Assembly: GCA_045159875.1 (NCBI GenBank)
Contig: CP067995.1
Span: forward strand, 2,784,001 to 2,848,000
Length of the DNA: 64,000 nucleotides
Direction of reading: 5' to 3'
DNA from: a cyanobacterium endosymbiont of Rhopalodia gibba
GTDB lineage: Bacteria > Cyanobacteriota > Cyanobacteriia > Cyanobacteriales > Microcystaceae
Shown here: positions 1 through 10,778 of the stretch, piece after piece
Position numbering within the stretch: the first letter of the stretch is position 1
Layout of the letters: the number at the start of each line of letters is the position of its first letter
Position numbers and translations under genes: made by a program
Notes under the pieces: generated by a model
Databases searched by the model: none
What the model was told of the DNA's origin: nothing
The model's input: the letters and a program-made list of their open reading frames with translations, nothing else

Positions 1-134
1 GCAAATGGGAATCATTTAACCTTTGTAAATTATGCTCTTTTGAAATTTATTTAAAATTACAGATGAGTAGAGAATGTCCAAGGTGAGTTGTTTATACTAC
101 TAATTAGAAAAGATTATAGAGAAGGCAATGGAAT

Positions 135-1412
135 ATGACTCTCAGACCTGAAATCATGACATCTGTGGAACAATTAGGGTATCGCGTGACTGTTGGAGAT
201 ATCGCTACTCAAGCAGGACTCGAACTGAATGTAGCACGACAGGGATTGTTAACTTTAGCTTCTGATAGCGGAGGACATTTACAAGTAGCTGAGTCAGGTG
301 AAATTATCTATCTTTTCCCACAAAATTTTAAGACAATTCTCCGTAATAAATACTGGAAACTTCGCTTAAAAGAAACCTGGAAAAAAATCTGGAATGTTCT
401 TTTTTATTTAATTCGAATTTCTTTTGGAGTAATTATAATTGCTTCTGTCGTTTTGATGATGATTACTATTACAATGATTATTTTTGCCATTAGTTCTAGT
501 AGTGAAAAAGATAGAGATTCTCAAGAAAGCAGAGGTCCAGGTTATGGAAAAAATTTTATTTTTTTCCATAAATTTTCTGATTTATTTTGGATTTTTTATC
601 CTGAGCACAATTACAATCTTCATCGAGATAAATCGTATCAAAGTTCCGAAATAAATTGGCAAGAAAGCGATCTTAATTTTCTAGAAGCTATTTTTTCATT
701 TCTGTTCGGTGAAGGTAATCCTAATAATGACTTGGAAGAATGTCGTTGGCGAGAAATTGGGTCAGTAATTCGTAATAATAAAGGAGCAATTATTGCTGAA
801 CAAGTTTCTCCTTATCTCGATAAGATAGCTCAATACGACGAAAATAATGAAGATTATATGTTGCCTATTCTAAGCAAATTTAACGGTTATCCTAAAGTCT
901 CCTCTCAAGGAGAAATAATCTATTATTTCCCTGAATTGCAAGTAACAGCTCAACTCCATAAAAAGCGTTCAGTTACTAGCTATTTAAAAGAAAAACCTTA
1001 TTCTTTTAGTCGAGCTAGTAGCAGACAAATTATGTTAGCAACTGGGTTAGGAGTATTAAATTTTATTCTCGCTCTGATTTTAGGATATTTAATTGAAGAT
1101 CCTAAAATTATTAATCAAATGACTGGATTGGTCTCTTTTGCTAACTCTATTTATTGGATATTATTAGTCTATGCAATAGCATTTTTAGGAACTCCTTTAA
1201 TTCGCTATTTCTGGGTTCGTTGGCGTAATGATAGAATTGAATACCGTAATATAATTCGGCAAAAAAGAGCAGAAAATTTATTGCAACCGAGTGAAATTAT
1301 ACAGCAAAAAATAAAATATGCTTGTGAATTTGCAGCAGAAAAATTAATAACCGAAGCTGATATTAGCTATACGACTGAAAAGGATATTTTGGAACAAGAA
1401 GTTAAACCTTAA
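135..1412 (+). CDS. Conserved cyanobacterial/plastid membrane protein (At5g03900-like)
   Basis: 425-aa ORF; N-terminal 'VEQLGYRVTVGDIATQAGL' and 'FLEAIFSFLFGEGNPN' segments recognised from this family; three hydrophobic helices. Confidence 0.75.
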   Translation: MTLRPEIMTSVEQLGYRVTVGDIATQAGLELNVARQGLLTLASDSGGHLQVAESGEIIYLFPQNFKTILRNKYWKLRLKETWKKIWNVLFYLIRISFGVIIIASVVLMMITITMIIFAISSSSEKDRDSQESRGPGYGKNFIFFHKFSDLFWIFYPEHNYNLHRDKSYQSSEINWQESDLNFLEAIFSFLFGEGNPNNDLEECRWREIGSVIRNNKGAIIAEQVSPYLDKIAQYDENNEDYMLPILSKFNGYPKVSSQGEIIYYFPELQVTAQLHKKRSVTSYLKEKPYSFSRASSRQIMLATGLGVLNFILALILGYLIEDPKIINQMTGLVSFANSIYWILLVYAIAFLGTPLIRYFWVRWRNDRIEYRNIIRQKRAENLLQPSEIIQQKIKYACEFAAEKLITEADISYTTEKDILEQEVKP

Positions 1413-1762
1413 GAGCAAGTTAATCATAAATAGTAAAAACATTTTGTTAGATACAACCTATCATTTTTATGACTCGATAAAACATCTTCTTATAAAAAAG
1501 TTTTGAAATATTATCTAGTGTAAAAAAATATGATTTTAATTACTTTAAAATGTATTTTAATTACGGAGAACTTTATTCCATAAATTTCCTTAAGATACAT
1601 TTCATGAAATACATCTTAAGCATTTTTTTCAAAAATTAGATTGAATATGTTTATGTGTAGTCTTACTTTTAAAGTAAAAAATCAGAACAGATTCAACATC
1701 AGCTTTGAGTATTTGATAAATACGCAATAGCGTATTAAAAATATCCATAACCCACTAATCCT

Positions 1763-2452
1763 TTAAGATATACCCAAATTCTTTTTAAGAATAAATTCAG
1801 CAATTATTAGGTCAATTGGAGTTGTTACTTTCAAGTTTGTTTCTTCCCCCTCCACAATTTTTACAGGTAACTTACATTTTTCAAATAAAGTTGAATCATC
1901 GGTAACTTCCCAATCTGAACTACGTCCTTTTTCATGACATTCTTTTAGCAGTTTAACATCAAATCCTTGAGGAGTTTGAGCTGCCCACAATTGAGATCTA
2001 TTTGGGGTATTTTGAATAAATTTATGCTGATCAACAACTTTAATGGTGTCTTTAACGGGTATAGCTGTAATTAATCCCTGACAGGTTAACAATTCCTCAG
2101 CACAACGATCAAACAATTCTGGAGTAGCTAAACATCTTGCCCCATCATGAATTAAGACTCTTTGTACTTCTATGGATAAAGCTTGTAGTCCATTATAAAC
2201 TGATTGTTGACGAGTTTCACCTCCTGGGATTAATTCTACTGGTTTAGTCACGGAAAGATTCGTAAGAATTTTCTGAAAACTAGGAAAGTCATAGGATTTG
2301 CCGATAATACCAATCCAGCGAATTTTCTCAGAGGCTTCAGCCGCCAGAAGTGTCCAAGTTAATAATGGTCTTCCTAAGAGACTCAGGAGAAGTTTGTTGT
2401 GATCGCTACCCATGCGTCTTCCCAATCCTGCTGCCGGAATCAATAAATGCAT
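1763..2452 (-). CDS. ispD: 2-C-methyl-D-erythritol 4-phosphate cytidylyltransferase
   Basis: IPAAGLGRRMG, GGETRQQSV, LIHDGAR, AQTPQGF, TDD and NLKVTTP motifs; likely start MHLLIP at 2452. Confidence 0.95.
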   Translation of the reverse strand: MHLLIPAAGLGRRMGSDHNKLLLSLLGRPLLTWTLLAAEASEKIRWIGIIGKSYDFPSFQKILTNLSVTKPVELIPGGETRQQSVYNGLQALSIEVQRVLIHDGARCLATPELFDRCAEELLTCQGLITAIPVKDTIKVVDQHKFIQNTPNRSQLWAAQTPQGFDVKLLKECHEKGRSSDWEVTDDSTLFEKCKLPVKIVEGEETNLKVTTPIDLIIAEFILKKNLGIS

Positions 2453-2553
2453 TTTTTCATAATTTAACAATATATTTATGGATAGTACATTATTTTAGAT
2501 ACGCTTTAATCACTTAAAATAGTCATTATTAACTGAATGAGCGATTAACTATT

Positions 2554-3879
2554 ATGCCTAGAACAAAAAAGTTAATTCCTAACGAACAAGTGATGGAAAT
2601 ATTAAATCGCTACGGAGGTTCATTAAATATACTTATTATAAGTCGTATTAAAGGTGATATTAATCAAGAAATTATCAGGAAAGCTTTGGATTTAGTTCAA
2701 TCTAATTATCCCTATCTAGATTATCGGATTGTAGGGACTTTAGATGATTTACATTTTACTTCTGAAAAAGTCTATAAAATTCCTTTAGATACTTTTTTTT
2801 GTGAGCAAGATATCTCTTTAAAAACTCTTATTTTAAAAGAGTTAAATACGCCATTGGCAAGTAGTAAATCTCTGTTGAGATGTTTATTTATTTTAGACAG
2901 ACAAGAACCTGAGATAAAATACTTAATCACGACCATACATCATGCTATATCGGATGGCTTATCATCTGTGAGACTTCAAGCAGAGATATTTAATTATTGT
3001 CAAATTATTGCTTCAGAAAAAAGTTTAGGATCGAATCCTAATTTATCTCTGGTATCTTCCCCCTTATCCTTAGATAATTCCTTTCTTCAATGGATTAAAA
3101 ATCAAATAAGTGTAATTAATAGTATTTGTTTTCTGGGGATGCTTAAAACTAAGATGTTTGTCTATCAAATAGAATCATTAAAATCTGAAAAGGATGTAGC
3201 TATTGAGTTACGTACTTGCGGAATAACTCAGCGATATTTATCTCCAGAAAATACAAAAAAATTAATCAAATTATGTCAACTAGAAAAAACAACAGTTCAC
3301 GGAGCTCTGTGCGCAACAATGTTGATTGCAGCTGCCAATAAAATAAGAAAAAATAAATTGAAAAAAGTAAATGTTTCTTGTGCTTCTTATGTAGATTTAC
3401 GGCGAAGAATTAAACCAGAAGTTCTTCCGGAACAGATGGGAATGCTCGTCTCGTTTTTAATGTCTTTTCATACTCTAAAATTAGAGATGCCATTTTGGGA
3501 ATTAGCCAGAGATGTTACTCGACAAATTAATAAAGGTTTAAATCGAAAAGATATGTTTAAACCTTTATTAATACTTCGAAAAGCTGTAGAAAATTTCTTG
3601 GTTAATTCTGAGACAACTTTCGCAACAGTTTCAGTTACAAATATCGGTAGAATTAAGATTCCTAAAATTAAAGGTAAATTAACATTAGAAGAAATCAGTT
3701 TTGTTCCGTCTAATGTTATTTTTAATAAAATTTTTACACTTGCTGTCTCAACATTTGATGAAAAAATGACTCTTAATTTTATTGTTTCCCAACCTTCTAT
3801 TAGTCAAGAAACCTTGGAATTACTAGCTGATGAGGTAATTTATTCTTTAACTGAAGTATGTAATAGTGTTAATAACTAA
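2554..3879 (+). CDS. Stand-alone condensation-fold acyltransferase (PapA5/alcohol acetyltransferase-like)
   Basis: HHAISDG matches HHxxxDG; also TTVHGALCA, VDLRRR, FWELAR and SVTNIG segments. Confidence 0.8.
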   Translation: MPRTKKLIPNEQVMEILNRYGGSLNILIISRIKGDINQEIIRKALDLVQSNYPYLDYRIVGTLDDLHFTSEKVYKIPLDTFFCEQDISLKTLILKELNTPLASSKSLLRCLFILDRQEPEIKYLITTIHHAISDGLSSVRLQAEIFNYCQIIASEKSLGSNPNLSLVSSPLSLDNSFLQWIKNQISVINSICFLGMLKTKMFVYQIESLKSEKDVAIELRTCGITQRYLSPENTKKLIKLCQLEKTTVHGALCATMLIAAANKIRKNKLKKVNVSCASYVDLRRRIKPEVLPEQMGMLVSFLMSFHTLKLEMPFWELARDVTRQINKGLNRKDMFKPLLILRKAVENFLVNSETTFATVSVTNIGRIKIPKIKGKLTLEEISFVPSNVIFNKIFTLAVSTFDEKMTLNFIVSQPSISQETLELLADEVIYSLTEVCNSVNN

Positions 3880-4305
3880 ACTTCACTTGATTAGAATAGA
3901 CTGGGAATCTTGTTTATAATAGAGTAGGCAGCTGTTTTCTGAGCAGCAAAACTCCTACTTATTTCCCCAACATCAAGATGGTTTGACACAACTCCATCGC
4001 CGTTTTGGCCGTAATGCCGTTTATTTTACTATATACATATTACAAGAAAGTTCAAGGTTAGTTAAGACGGCTCCTCTCCAAGCCAGGTATAATTTTGGTC
4101 CGTAATTCCATACTTTTGGTTCTGTATCAGGGGATATTGGGGTTAACTTGTTTATAAGTAATTATGATATTCTTCTTTTTATAAAATAAAATTTTAAGTT
4201 GTTTATAAAGTTTTGCTGAGAGATATTTACATAGATGAGAATTTATACCCAAGTCATGACGAACTAAAATAGTAAAGCAGTAATTATGATTACAAATTCT
4301 ATATT

Positions 4306-5070
4306 ATGGCTACAACAGACACTAAAACTCCCTCTCTAACCGATCAACAGACTTATCTCAACGAAATTCCTAATGATGTAGAAATGTCTTTGTTTGACCA
4401 TCTCGAGGAATTGCGTCAACGTATTTTTTATGGGTTAATTGCAGTTGTTATTGGAATAATTGGCTGTTTTATCTTTGTAAAACCCTTAGTGCAATGGTTA
4501 CAGTTTCCTGCTCAAGATGTTGAATTTTTACAATTAGCTCCAGGAGAATTCTTTTTTGTATCGATCAAAGTTGCTGGATATAGTGGATTTTTAATATCGA
4601 GTCCCTTTATTCTCTACCAAATTCTTCAATTTGTTTTACCCGGTTTAACCCGTCGAGAGCGTCGTTTATTAGGTCCTGTCGTCTTAGGGTCAAGTGTTTT
4701 ATTTTTAGTTGGACTAGCTTTTGCTTATTGGGCATTAATTCCTGCTGCATTACAGTTTTTTATTAATTATGGAGCTGATATTGTTGCACAGTCTTGGTCA
4801 ATTGATCGCTATTTTGAGTTTATCTTACTATTAATGTTTAGTACTGGACTTGCTTTTCAAATTCCTATTATTCAATTAATTTTAGGTTTTCTTGGAATTG
4901 TTTCTTCAAAACAAATGCTGAAAGAATGGCGTGTAATTGTCTTAGGTTCTGTTATTTTGGGAGCTGTTTTAACTCCCTCCACTGATCCGTTAACCCAATC
5001 TTTATTAGCTACTGCTGTGTTAGGGTTATATTTTAGCGGAATTGGAATGTTGAAGTTAACAGGAAATTGA
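4306..5070 (+). CDS. tatC: Twin-arginine translocase subunit TatC
   Basis: [30 protein letters not shown] and TPSTDP motifs. Confidence 0.97.
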   Translation: MATTDTKTPSLTDQQTYLNEIPNDVEMSLFDHLEELRQRIFYGLIAVVIGIIGCFIFVKPLVQWLQFPAQDVEFLQLAPGEFFFVSIKVAGYSGFLISSPFILYQILQFVLPGLTRRERRLLGPVVLGSSVLFLVGLAFAYWALIPAALQFFINYGADIVAQSWSIDRYFEFILLLMFSTGLAFQIPIIQLILGFLGIVSSKQMLKEWRVIVLGSVILGAVLTPSTDPLTQSLLATAVLGLYFSGIGMLKLTGN

Positions 5071-6251
5071 TAGTCGATAGTTAACATTGTAATTTTGAAG
5101 GGATAAAAACTTCTAAAACTTAATTAAGTATATATTTAACTTGATGTCTATTAACTTTTCGAGGACATGTAAATTTTTTAGATTCTAATCATAGTTTTTA
5201 GATGAGGTTATTCATTAAATTTAAGTTAGGATAAAATTGATTTATCTTTCATAGAATTGATACTGAGGATAACTCAGAAAGAATTGCTTTTGACTGCAGA
5301 AAATAAACTCACTTTATTTTTTACATAAGGGAATAGATTTTAGAAAGATTAATTTAAAAGTAATAGAAGTAGTAACAAAGATTCTAGTTACTGTTTCTAG
5401 ATAAGCTAAGCAGGTTTGAGATAAAATAATTTATTAATTAACTGTTGATCAATCTAGTTAAAATAACCTTACAGGAGAAGAATATACTAATGGTCTAGTC
5501 ATCAAGCATAGAGAAGGTTAGAAAACACAATATTGTTATTTCATACAAAAAAAAATTTATCTAGCCGAATAATTCAGTTAAACAAAGAACTCCTTTAAGA
5601 TTCCTAGGAGTATCGACAATAGCTTTCATCATATTCATTTAATACTACGTTACTAAAGCCAAGTCATTAATATCTTTTATGGAAATCTAAAATTAATTAT
5701 CAATCGGCAGGATAAATGAATGCAGAACTTACGCTCAGACTTGTTAAATCTGTTAAATCACGGCAATAATTTTCTCATAAAAATGATTTTTTTACACTTC
5801 TAATCTTTAGTATTTTAAGTGTATCTTTCTGAAAAATTAGAGTATTTTTCAGCTTCATCAAGCCTACCAAGAAAGTTTGCAAACAACAAGATAACAAGCT
5901 TTAAGAACTATCATCCCAATTGGGTAAATTTTGACATCAATCAACTAATTCTAATAGTTATGATACCCAGTCCAAGTTTGTCTGAAAAGTTGTTCTAAAT
6001 TCTTCTTATGATTGATCTCTTTCTAAGAGTACTCGTGATAGGAGACTGTCCATAACAGTCAATTTATACATTTGGTCTAATTGAGCCTTTTATTTTTTAC
6101 TTAAAATTTAGCATTTTTTTTAGATTAGTACTTTAAGGTTTTCTGTTTTTTCATTTTAAATCTTTTTAAGATCTAATAGTTGAGTATTGACTTATATTAA
6201 TATGTGAAATTGTCTGATGCTACCAAAGCTTATAGTATTCTCTATTGAGAA

Positions 6252-6291
6252 TAGAAACAAATAAAATAATATATTATTTTATTTGTTTCTA
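6252..6291. repeat. Perfect 40-bp palindrome (20-bp arms, no spacer)
   Basis: tagaaacaaataaaataata|tattattttatttgtttcta. Confidence 0.95.
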
Positions 6292-7137
6292 ACAACTATC
6301 TTTATTGTAAACTTATAACCGTCTTACTACTTTTTAATAGTTGTCATTTATATAACTTTTATGGTTCTCTTTTTTTGTACTAACACTACATAATATTTTC
6401 TGTAAAAAATATAATATATTAACAATATAAATTGCTAATTATTGTGGTTAGTAATAGTTATTAAGCTACAAGTTTTAACCTATTTTAAATACATTAGTTC
6501 TACTTTTTATTATTTTATTTAACTATTTACAGTAATAAAATTAAAGTTTTCAATCCTTTAAAAATACTTTTAGTGTTTTTGAGTAAACTAAATTCACTGT
6601 GACTATATACTCATATAAATTATATTTTACACAAAAATAGATAACACTAAAATATCCTAATTTTTATATTTATTTCATTTTAAATGCTATTTATTTTAAC
6701 GAATAAAAATTATCAATATTCAATTAAAAATTAATATTCTATAAATAGTAAAAATTATTAAATTTTCAATTTTATTCATGAAATAAAGTTAAAAATATGA
6801 TGTTGTATTTATAAAATAATTTGATATTTTGAGTGCAATGAGCTCTAATCGTAAGATGAAATTTACTACAATTTTTTATATAAAAGATTTGCTTAAATCA
6901 ATCTTATTAGGCTCTTGTCCTACTTCAGCCGCTATATCCAAGAGTTATAGAAATTACTTAAGATTTTTATAGCTATCAATTTTTAGAACCGTCAAGCTAT
7001 TATCAATTTAACTAATTTTCAAGATTTAAGTCATCTTCTAAAAAGATTAGACTAGAGAATTTTTCTATATTTTTCTACCTAAAATGTGTAATGATAAGAG
7101 GGTGGGTTTTCCTAGAAAGTTTAAAAAATAAATATTA

Positions 7138-7929
7138 ATGGTTATCTCTACTGAGCCCCAAATCCTAGCTCTGGATTTTGATGGCGTTATTTGTAATGGT
7201 TTATTGGAATATTTTCAAACAACTAAATCTACATACACTCAAATATGGACTGAGCATCCTTCAGATTTTCTTAATAATTTTGCCAATAGCTTTTATCAAT
7301 TACGCTCTGTGATTGAAACAGGGTGGGAAATGCCTATTTTATTAAGAGCTTTGGTCCTGGGTTTTGATCAGAATCAGATACAAAATAATTGGACTAACCT
7401 TTGTCAAAAAATTCTCGAATCAAATAACTTAAACAAGCAAGCTCTTATAACTCAACTCGATGAGGTCAGAGATAATTGGATTCATTCTGATTTAGAAGGC
7501 TGGTTAAAACTACATCAATTTTATCCTGGAGTGATCAAAAAAATTAGTAAAGTTATTAGATCTTCTACTCTCTTATATATTGTTACTACCAAAGAAGGAC
7601 GGTTTGTTCAACAATTATTAGAAAAACAGGGAGTAGAATTGCCCAAAAAAAATATTTTAGGTAAAGAAGTAAACCAACCTAAATATAAAATTTTGAGACA
7701 ATTAATCCAAGATAATCCACAATTTTATAATCAATTATGGTTTGTCGAAGACTTATTGAAAACCTTGCATAAAGTTCAAGAACAATCAGATTTAAAAGAA
7801 GTTAAGCTGTTTTTAGCTAACTGGGGATTTAATACCTCTAAAAATCATGATTTAGCTAGAAGTAATCCAGGTATAAATTTACTTTCCTTAGAACAGTTCA
7901 ACGATAGTTATTTATCTTGGCTTGGCTAA
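7138..7929 (+). CDS. HAD-family hydrolase
   Basis: LALDFDGV motif I, IVTTK motif II, FVED motif IV. Confidence 0.88.
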   Translation: MVISTEPQILALDFDGVICNGLLEYFQTTKSTYTQIWTEHPSDFLNNFANSFYQLRSVIETGWEMPILLRALVLGFDQNQIQNNWTNLCQKILESNNLNKQALITQLDEVRDNWIHSDLEGWLKLHQFYPGVIKKISKVIRSSTLLYIVTTKEGRFVQQLLEKQGVELPKKNILGKEVNQPKYKILRQLIQDNPQFYNQLWFVEDLLKTLHKVQEQSDLKEVKLFLANWGFNTSKNHDLARSNPGINLLSLEQFNDSYLSWLG

Positions 7930-7975
7930 TTTTAATTATTTAACTCTTTATTGTGTTTCATGCGATTTTGCAAAA

Positions 7976-8668
7976 ATGTTACAAAAACGACCCCAGACAA
8001 CGGTTATTTTAGCCATGACAGCCGATGGCAAAATTGCAGATTTCCAACGTAACCCTTCACGATTTGGTTCTCAGGCAGATAAAGCTCATTTAGAGGAGCA
8101 AATCTCTTTAATGGATGGAGTTCTTTTCGGGGCAGAAACTTTAAGAGCTTATGGAACAACTTTATCAATTACAAACTCTCTCTTGTTAGAGACTCGAAGA
8201 CAAAAAGATAAACCGCTTCAACCAGTACAGCTCGTGGTCTCTGGCTCAGGAGAAATAGATCCTAATATACGCTTTTTTTCTCAATTAATTCCTCGTTGGC
8301 TAATAACAACAATAGAAGGGGCTAATACCTGGAACAAAAAATGTCATCAGGGATTTGAAAGGTTAGTTATTTCTAATGTAGATCAAGGGAGAAAGATAAA
8401 TTGGCAGAATATGTTTGAACGGTTATATCAATTAAAACTAAGTAAATTAGCTATTTTAGGAGGAGGTAATCTAATTGCTTCCCTTTTAGAAGCTAATTTG
8501 ATTGATAACTTATGGCTAACTATCTGTCCTTTTCTGCTTGGTGGGGTGACATCTCCTACTCCAGTTGAAGGAGTGGGTTTTCTGTCTCATCAAGCTAAAC
8601 CCTTACAATTATTGACAGTCAAGCAAATTGAACAAGAAATTTTTCTCCATTATCGGCTGCACTCTTAG
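7976..8668 (+). CDS. RibD C-terminal (reductase) domain protein
   Basis: AMTADGKIA, GAETLR, ILGGGNL and LIDNLWLTICP motifs; probable ATG start at 7976. Confidence 0.88.
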   Translation: MLQKRPQTTVILAMTADGKIADFQRNPSRFGSQADKAHLEEQISLMDGVLFGAETLRAYGTTLSITNSLLLETRRQKDKPLQPVQLVVSGSGEIDPNIRFFSQLIPRWLITTIEGANTWNKKCHQGFERLVISNVDQGRKINWQNMFERLYQLKLSKLAILGGGNLIASLLEANLIDNLWLTICPFLLGGVTSPTPVEGVGFLSHQAKPLQLLTVKQIEQEIFLHYRLHS

Positions 8669-8722
8669 AAAATATTGATTATTCTATAAAATAGAACTCT
8701 TCTTCTATTCACGCGATCGCTC

Positions 8723-9895
8723 ATGGTTGAACAAATAAAACCCCAATACTCTATCGCTTGGATTAAAAAAATTGCCGAAATTCCTAAACCTGACTGGGAT
8801 GAACTTGCTCAAACCTTAAAAACACCATTCTTAGAATGGGAATGGCTCAATAATATCGAAATATCTCAAAGTGCTATTCCAGACACTGGATGGCAACCGA
8901 GTCATCTCACAATATGGCGAGATAAACAACTTATTGGGGCAGCGCCTCTCTATATTAAAAGTCATAGTTACGGAGAATTTGTCTTTGATCATCAATGGGC
9001 AAATTTATCCCATCGTTTAGGTGTCCCTTATTATCCTAAATTGTTAGGGATGACTCCTTTTACTCCAGCAGTAGGATATCGTTTTTTAATTGCGTCAAAA
9101 GAAGATGAAGCAGAAATTACCCAGTTAATGATCACTGCAATTGACCATTTTTGCGATCGCAATCGACTATCAGGGTGTCATTTCTTATTTGTTGATCCTG
9201 ACTGGCGGCAATTGATGGAAAATAATGGGTTTAGCTCTTGGCTCCATCATAGTTATATTTGGTCTAACAAAGGGTTTAATAGTTTTGATGATTATTTAGC
9301 CGTTTTTAACGCTAATCAACGCCGTAATATTAAACGAGAGAGGAAGGCAGTTACTAAAGTAGGGTTACAACTAAAAACCTTCATAGGAGAAGACATTCCT
9401 CATAATCTATTTCTTTTGATTCATCAATTTTATAGTAGTACTTGCGAAAAATTTTATTGGGGAAGTCAGTATTTAACCCGCAAGTTTTTTGAAGGGCTTT
9501 ATCCCTATTATCGTCATCGAATAGTTTTAGTGGCTGCTTATACTAAAGATAATGATAAATATCCTGTGGGAATGTCTTTTTGTCTACGAAAAGGAGAGAA
9601 TTTATATGGGCGTTATTGGGGTTGTTTAGAAGAATATGACTGTCTTCATTTTGAAACTTGTTACTATCAACCTATTCAATGGGCAATTCAAGAGGGAATC
9701 TCCATATTCGATCCCGGAGCAGGAGGATTACATAAGCAACGCAGAGGCTTTGTGGCAACTCCCAACTACAGTTTACACCGTTTTTACGATCAAAAAATGA
9801 ATCAAATTCTGAGACACTATATTGGAGAAATCAATGAAATGGAAAAGGAAGAAATTGACACGATTAACCAGAACTTACCCTTCAGTAAACACTAA
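8723..9895 (+). CDS. GNAT/FemAB-like protein (DUF482 family)
   Basis: PLYIKSHSYGEFVFDHQWA, YYPKL, LYGRYWG, LHFETCYY, GAGGLHK motifs. Confidence 0.9.
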   Translation: MVEQIKPQYSIAWIKKIAEIPKPDWDELAQTLKTPFLEWEWLNNIEISQSAIPDTGWQPSHLTIWRDKQLIGAAPLYIKSHSYGEFVFDHQWANLSHRLGVPYYPKLLGMTPFTPAVGYRFLIASKEDEAEITQLMITAIDHFCDRNRLSGCHFLFVDPDWRQLMENNGFSSWLHHSYIWSNKGFNSFDDYLAVFNANQRRNIKRERKAVTKVGLQLKTFIGEDIPHNLFLLIHQFYSSTCEKFYWGSQYLTRKFFEGLYPYYRHRIVLVAAYTKDNDKYPVGMSFCLRKGENLYGRYWGCLEEYDCLHFETCYYQPIQWAIQEGISIFDPGAGGLHKQRRGFVATPNYSLHRFYDQKMNQILRHYIGEINEMEKEEIDTINQNLPFSKH

Positions 9896-10108
9896 ATTTA
9901 GTTTAAGGTCTAAAGCCTGAATAGCTCTAACCAGGGCGGATTGGTAGTCTTATCAGATAGGTAAAGTTTCAATAATATAGTCTTGGTGAAGATAACTATT
10001 TGAATTTGCCTACCTACAACAAACATTTTACAGTAAAGTTTAACCGTTATTTATCCCCAATTCCTTAGCTTGATGCCCTTTGCACTGAAGATAGTTTATG
10101 AATTAGGA

Positions 10109-10153
10109 AAGTTTTTGTATCAAAAAGGTCAGTGATTTTTGATACAAAAACTT
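10109..10153. repeat. Perfect inverted repeat, 18-bp arms, 9-nt spacer
   Basis: aagtttttgtatcaaaaa-ggtcagtga-tttttgatacaaaaactt. Confidence 0.9.
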
Positions 10154-10276
10154 CAAACATGATCCTAGAAAAAAAACTCGCTATGATGAGAAATGGTAAG
10201 ATTTATTCAAATCTTAGGTACTTAAATAACCATTTACTTCAGATCGAAACTACATAGATTTGCAACATATACTATT

Positions 10277-10558
10277 ATGATTGAAGCATCTGTCACTACC
10301 CTTGACGAAATACAATTGACCCGTGAAGAACGAGTTGTCGAGATTCAAAATCTCATAGAAACTCTCCGCATTGCTGATGAAATATCTAATAGAGGGTACT
10401 TAATTACTAGCTCAGAATTAGCTGATTTAATGGATGTTAATGCTAGTGCTGTGACCAGTCGGGGCGATCATTGGTCTTGGCGTAATTGGATCGTATCACG
10501 AGTAAGAAGAGAGGGGAATCAAATTCTCTGGCAACTTGAACGAATTGATTTTGAGTAA
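10277..10558 (+). CDS. Conserved cyanobacterial hypothetical protein
   Basis: 93-aa ORF with an HTH-like 'TSSELADLMDVNASAV' and Trp-rich C-terminus; followed by a hairpin. Confidence 0.75.
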   Translation: MIEASVTTLDEIQLTREERVVEIQNLIETLRIADEISNRGYLITSSELADLMDVNASAVTSRGDHWSWRNWIVSRVRREGNQILWQLERIDFE

Positions 10559-10575
10559 GGGCAGATCTTACTCAA
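10551..10575 (+). terminator. Possible terminator hairpin overlapping the stop codon
   Basis: ttgagtaag-ggcagat-cttactcaa. Confidence 0.4.
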
Positions 10576-10669
10576 CATTGATGACTTAGAAATAGTCAAA
10601 TCATTATTAGTTCCCTAACTATATTTGATTTGATCCCTATGTGATGATTTAAAAAATTAAATTTGCGTC

Positions 10670-10718
10670 TTAATAATTGAAAGCAACGGCTATTTAAACC
10701 GTTGCTTTCAATTATTAA
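10670..10718. repeat. Perfect inverted repeat, 20-bp arms, 9-nt spacer
   Basis: ttaataattgaaagcaacgg-ctatttaaa-ccgttgctttcaattattaa. Confidence 0.95.
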
Positions 10719-10778
10719 TTGATAATCTTTTATTTATTAAAAGATGAATTAGTTATCTTTATTAAAGTGAATTAGTTA

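Noticed and set aside
3900..6100. Possible gene remnants at ~3900-4150 and ~5500-6100, and ORF 4872(-)
   Set aside because: Slightly higher GC suggests old coding DNA, but no family is assignable; 4872(-) is antisense to tatC
10109..10153. NtcA site (GTA...TAC)
   Set aside because: The GTATCA and TGATAC half-sites are much farther apart than the required N8
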